Assembly (NCBI GenBank): GCA_048128005.1
Contig: JBEUKZ010000093.1
Span: 310,001-374,000 of the forward strand
Direction of reading: 5' to 3'
Source of the DNA: Veleropilina oligotropha
Taxonomy: Eukaryota
Length of the DNA: 64,000 bases
In this document: positions 59,831-64,000 of the stretch, piece by piece
Numbering within the stretch: the stretch's first letter is position 1
Layout of the letters: the number at the start of each line of letters is the position of its first letter
Notes under the pieces: model-generated
What the model saw: only the letters and a program-made list of their open reading frames with translations
What the model was told of the DNA's origin: nothing
Database searches by the model: none
Program-made: the position numbers and the translations under genes

Positions 59831-60758
59831 GTCATGGCGTTGACGTTAATTATCGTATATCTTGATAGAAGTAACTTACATTCCAGAGCAAGTGTTGTTT
59901 AGATTTGTAATTTAAACACGAGTCGATCGTAATCTGATGTCAAAGCAAAGGCACATTTACCTTCATACATAGACCATAGACGTAAAACAATATCGATATT
60001 TAGGTACATTGGTTGCAGACACGTGACCAAAACCACGTGATCACCGAGTCGTCCACCATCGCGAAAGGCAAACACTCTTAGCAGTCAATCAAATGAATAT
60101 TGGTCAATACTAAAATATCTGTGGAAATCAATAAAATACGTGTGAGCATTCAGCATTCAGTTAATTTTTTGAATACTCACGAGTTGCTGTTCTTACGGGA
60201 AGTTGTTACGTTTGATATCGCAACCGCAGAAAAACAAATGTGGCGAATAAAGTAAATATATTCATGTAATAAGCTACTGTTACTGACTTTAATTAATTAG
60301 TTCCTACGTTTGATGTATATCATTATATAAATTGTTAATAAAGTATCGTATGTATATTACTAAATGTAAACTTTTTGACTTTTTACGGATTAATTGAATG
60401 TTTCCCCGACTTGAAAGCCAAAGTGCGCATGCATCGCACGTCGTTCTTTAGTACCCCGCTGCAGTGCTAATTGTTATTTTCAATGGTTATTGTCTCACAG
60501 GATGTCATTGGCAAGCTGATTTAAATAGGTAACATTTTATTTGTGCGGATCGCCGCCATTATCGATTCGCAACTAATGCTGGAAAATTCCTTGTACATCA
60601 ATGGTTGCGTCCCTTGTATCGCGATGTCTGCTATTTTAAGTTAATCGAATATTTATATTTTTAAGTTTAATTGTATGTAACTATGCCTGTCAGATGTGCA
60701 GTGGTTGGCTGTGATAACCAAAGTGACAAAAAAGACAGGTACGTAGATTTTGATATGT

Positions 60759-61914
60759 GGGTCATTCTACAGTAAATGGTTAAAACACTGTCCCTACCTT
60801 CCCATGTAATGTAAACAGATTATTTTTTAAATCACGTATCATTTATTTGAATAGACCATTGTTTCTCATCAATATAGAGTGTACTGTCAATACAATATTA
60901 CTATATGTGTGAACATATTGCTAAAAAAATATTTTACAAACAACGAAATATACATTTTTAGAATGTCCCCAACATCATTCAAAAATAAAAAGAAGGATAG
61001 TTTTGTTTTATTATGAGGAAATATACTCTATATTCCTGTCTTATTATGAGTAGTGGGTGTGGTTTATTCAAAGTGTACAGTAATAAAACAAATGTATACA
61101 CTTTACTACCAATAATTGCCTAAATCAGAATCGATATTGTCTGTCCCTGATTTCGGATCATCTACGTCACGGTTTGAAAGTAAGTGTAAAATGTATTGTT
61201 CAAACGGCCATCCATACGTCACGTGACCAGATTCAAGCAAGTACAGCGCCATTTTGAATGATGCCCCGACACGTGCAAGTGGAAGTTGAATGTACTCTGC
61301 ATTATTTCAATGTAAAGTTGGCTGATAATAGCGTACTTTAATAAATTGTCATCTACAAACGATGTTATACACCCTGGTTATTCATGTTAGGGCATAAAAA
61401 TCACCTGCTATACATAAAGCATTAAATTCTGGTCAGTTGAGCAGGTCCTTGCGTCCACAAATCACACGGCAAACAAACCATGTGAAAATAATCAATAATG
61501 TCGTCATCTCCGTCACAGTCATCTACGTCACTTATTCAACCATCCACATCGTGACGTAGGTGACTCAATCAGTCTAACACGCTACCAATATATCGATAAG
61601 TGGTAATATACAATGTACACGCGTTACGATATATCGGCATGATATTTTTATAATTCTGAAGTAATGATTTAAACTTTTTTTATGCTTTCATTCTCGGCTG
61701 AATAGCATGTGACGTAGATGACAGTGGATGCTGACACTGTATATAATTTGTGACGTCACCAAGGTAAAAAAAGGTCAAGTTGGTCGCGGCCTAATATTGA
61801 ATTTAATCTCTAAGTATATGCCCTTCCTTATAGTGTATAAATATCTAACAAATACATGATGTTTAAATTCAAATTATTTGCAACGAAAATTGTCGATTTA
61901 CTGAAGAATGACCC
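60759..61914. mobile_element. Non-autonomous Sola-like element
   Basis: TIR GGGTCATTCT(A/T)CAGTAAAT at both ends; 4-bp TSD ATGT at 60755-60758 and 61915-61918. Confidence 0.78.
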
Positions 61915-62860
61915 ATGTATTTAAATATAAAGCTACAAGTACTGCTATGCAGTAAATGCCGTGTCGGCGCGATTGAGGTAGAAATCAACAACAATAATCG
62001 CTTGCCATATATACAACATTAAATGTTTGTAATTATTATGGTTATATAATAATATTAATATAGCACAATAATGTCATGGCAAAGCAGTAAATATTTAGTG
62101 GCGGATATGTAAACAATTCTCTAGGAGTTCCGAAGGCCTGGTATATTATGATTTATTTTGTCTTATGAAATTTACTATGAAAATACGATCAGAAAGATAA
62201 ATGGAGGATGTACACACCAGGGTCTAATTCAGGACGAGGCGAAATGTTGAAAATTGGGGGGGGGGCGGCAATAGCGAACGGCCGAAGGCCGTGAGCATTG
62301 AGGGCCCGAAGTTCCTAGGGGGGGGGGGGTTCGGGGGCATGCCCCCCCCGGAATTTTTTTAATTGTAGACGGTCTTAGATGCGTTTTCCTGCATTCTGGG
62401 CTATATATTGACCATTTTATTTGCCTCATAATTGGAGACAGGTATGCCTACTTCAATAGTGGGGGGGGGGGGGAGCAAAATCATACTTCTGCCCCCCCCC
62501 CCCCCCCCTACACTTCCTACGCCTATGCCTGCGGATACTTGAACAGAACATACTTGACACGTTCGAAGTTTTCGCAAAAAGTGTGTGGCTAAAATATACG
62601 GAAGCTAACGTGGATCGTCGTAACAAACTTTATTGAAAACATATCACCTACGTATACGGATGTTAATGGGGAACAATTACACGGTCAACAGTTGGATTTC
62701 TCCCCGGATTTTTCTTACTTTATATGATCAATTAATACTAGTTTTTATTTATTTATTAGGTAAGTAATATACAGCAGGAAAATAAACATTTCTTAGGAAA
62801 ATAGGACCGAGGCAGTAGCCTCGGTTGCCTCACTGCTAGCTACGGGCCTGCACACCAATG

Positions 62861-62897
<37 letters not shown>

Positions 62898-63404
62898 AAT
62901 CCTTACATGTTGCACCCTAGAACCTAATATTGATGTCAAAGCAATGAAGTAATTTTCTCATATTAAATACATTTCGTAAATATATATATTTGTTTCTTAG
63001 GTGGGTTGTTATCTTAAAACTTATGCCTCATGTCAGGATTCCATCTTTTCATGGCTGCAAGGATCCAAAAAATTATAATACATAGACGAAATTTATCAGC
63101 AGAAAAGATTGGAATGAAGTGAATATCAACACAAAGGTTTGCAGCAATCGCTTCCTCTTTGGGAGATCATTTCCTAATTCGCTGCATACAACACTATGCA
63201 TGAAAGAATACGACAGACAACATGCACCTACCTCGTAAAATATCAAGTGACAGTCCGAGACATACCGGTACCAACATGAAACAGGTTAAAATAGCACCCA
63301 ATACCGACCATGAATATACACCATGCAGCATGACCGGTTCGCCATCAGATGTCTGTAGTTCAAATGAAAATGGTCATGATATTGTTCGTTCCTCAGCATG
63401 CTCC

Positions 63405-63918
63405 TAACAGGACGGTTTTCAACAGACATCCACTTACTCCCAACAGGACGGTTTTCAACAGACATCCACTTACTCCCAACAGGACGGTTTTCAACAGACA
63501 TCCACTTACTCCCAACAGGACGGTTTTCAACAGACATCCACTTACTCCTAACAGGACGGTTTTCAACAGACATCCACTTACTCCTAACAGGATGGTTTTC
63601 AGCAGACATCCACATACTCCCAAAACAGGACGGTTTTCAACAGACATCCACTTACTCCCAACAGGACGGTTTTCAATAGACATCCACATCCTCCCAACAG
63701 GACGGTTTTCAACAGACATCCACTTACTCCTAACAGGACGGTTTTCAGCAGACATCCACTTACTCCTATCAGGACGGTGTTCAACAGACATCCACTTACT
63801 CCCAACAGGACGGTTTGCAACAGACATCCACTTACTCCCAACAGGACGGTTTTCAACAGACATCCACTTACTCCTAACAGGACGGTGTTCAACAGACATC
63901 CACTTACTCCTAACAGGA
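63405..63918. repeat. 36-bp minisatellite, ~14 copies
   Basis: aacaggacggttttcaacagacatccacttactcc(c/t) repeated. Confidence 0.95.
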
Positions 63919-64000
63919 CTTTAAAGAACAGCATAATTATGTTAGGATTTCACATGAAGCATGTGATGCCTGTTCAACACTTTTTCAGGATTTAAATGTC

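Noticed and set aside
62218..62850. hAT-type MITE with CAGG...CCTG ends
   Set aside because: Looks like MITE fragments, but I could not establish matching TIRs or an 8-bp TSD.
63405..63918. 36-bp repeats as a CRISPR array
   Set aside because: Units are contiguous with no unique spacers, no cas genes are present, and the context is eukaryotic.

Overview
AT-rich eukaryotic (probably invertebrate animal) genomic DNA made up almost entirely of mobile elements and repeats. The centrepiece is a 15.8-kb, GC-rich, TIR-bounded endogenous Polinton/Maverick-like DNA virus (23701-39469) with AG...CT termini and an AAATC target-site duplication. It encodes an rve integrase, double-jelly-roll major capsid, minor capsid, A32-like packaging ATPase and many membrane-type proteins. 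It also carries an intact 1288-aa replication protein that appears to fuse an HeH domain, an OTU-like Cys/His protease, an exonuclease-less family-B polymerase core, an SF1 helicase and an HNH nuclease. No adenain-type protease is visible. Other contents: a local duplication (1-2689 vs 4417-8938) whose copies give filled and empty sites for three insertions; a complete Mutator-like transposon with an apparently intact 9-exon PHD-FLYWCH-DDE transposase; a near full-length decayed CR1-type LINE; a complete decayed DIRS1-type retrotransposon; a C2H2 zinc-finger ORF decaying into a minisatellite; and several SINEs, MITEs, Sola-like elements and tandem repeats. All calls come from manual motif and repeat reading; no database searches were run.
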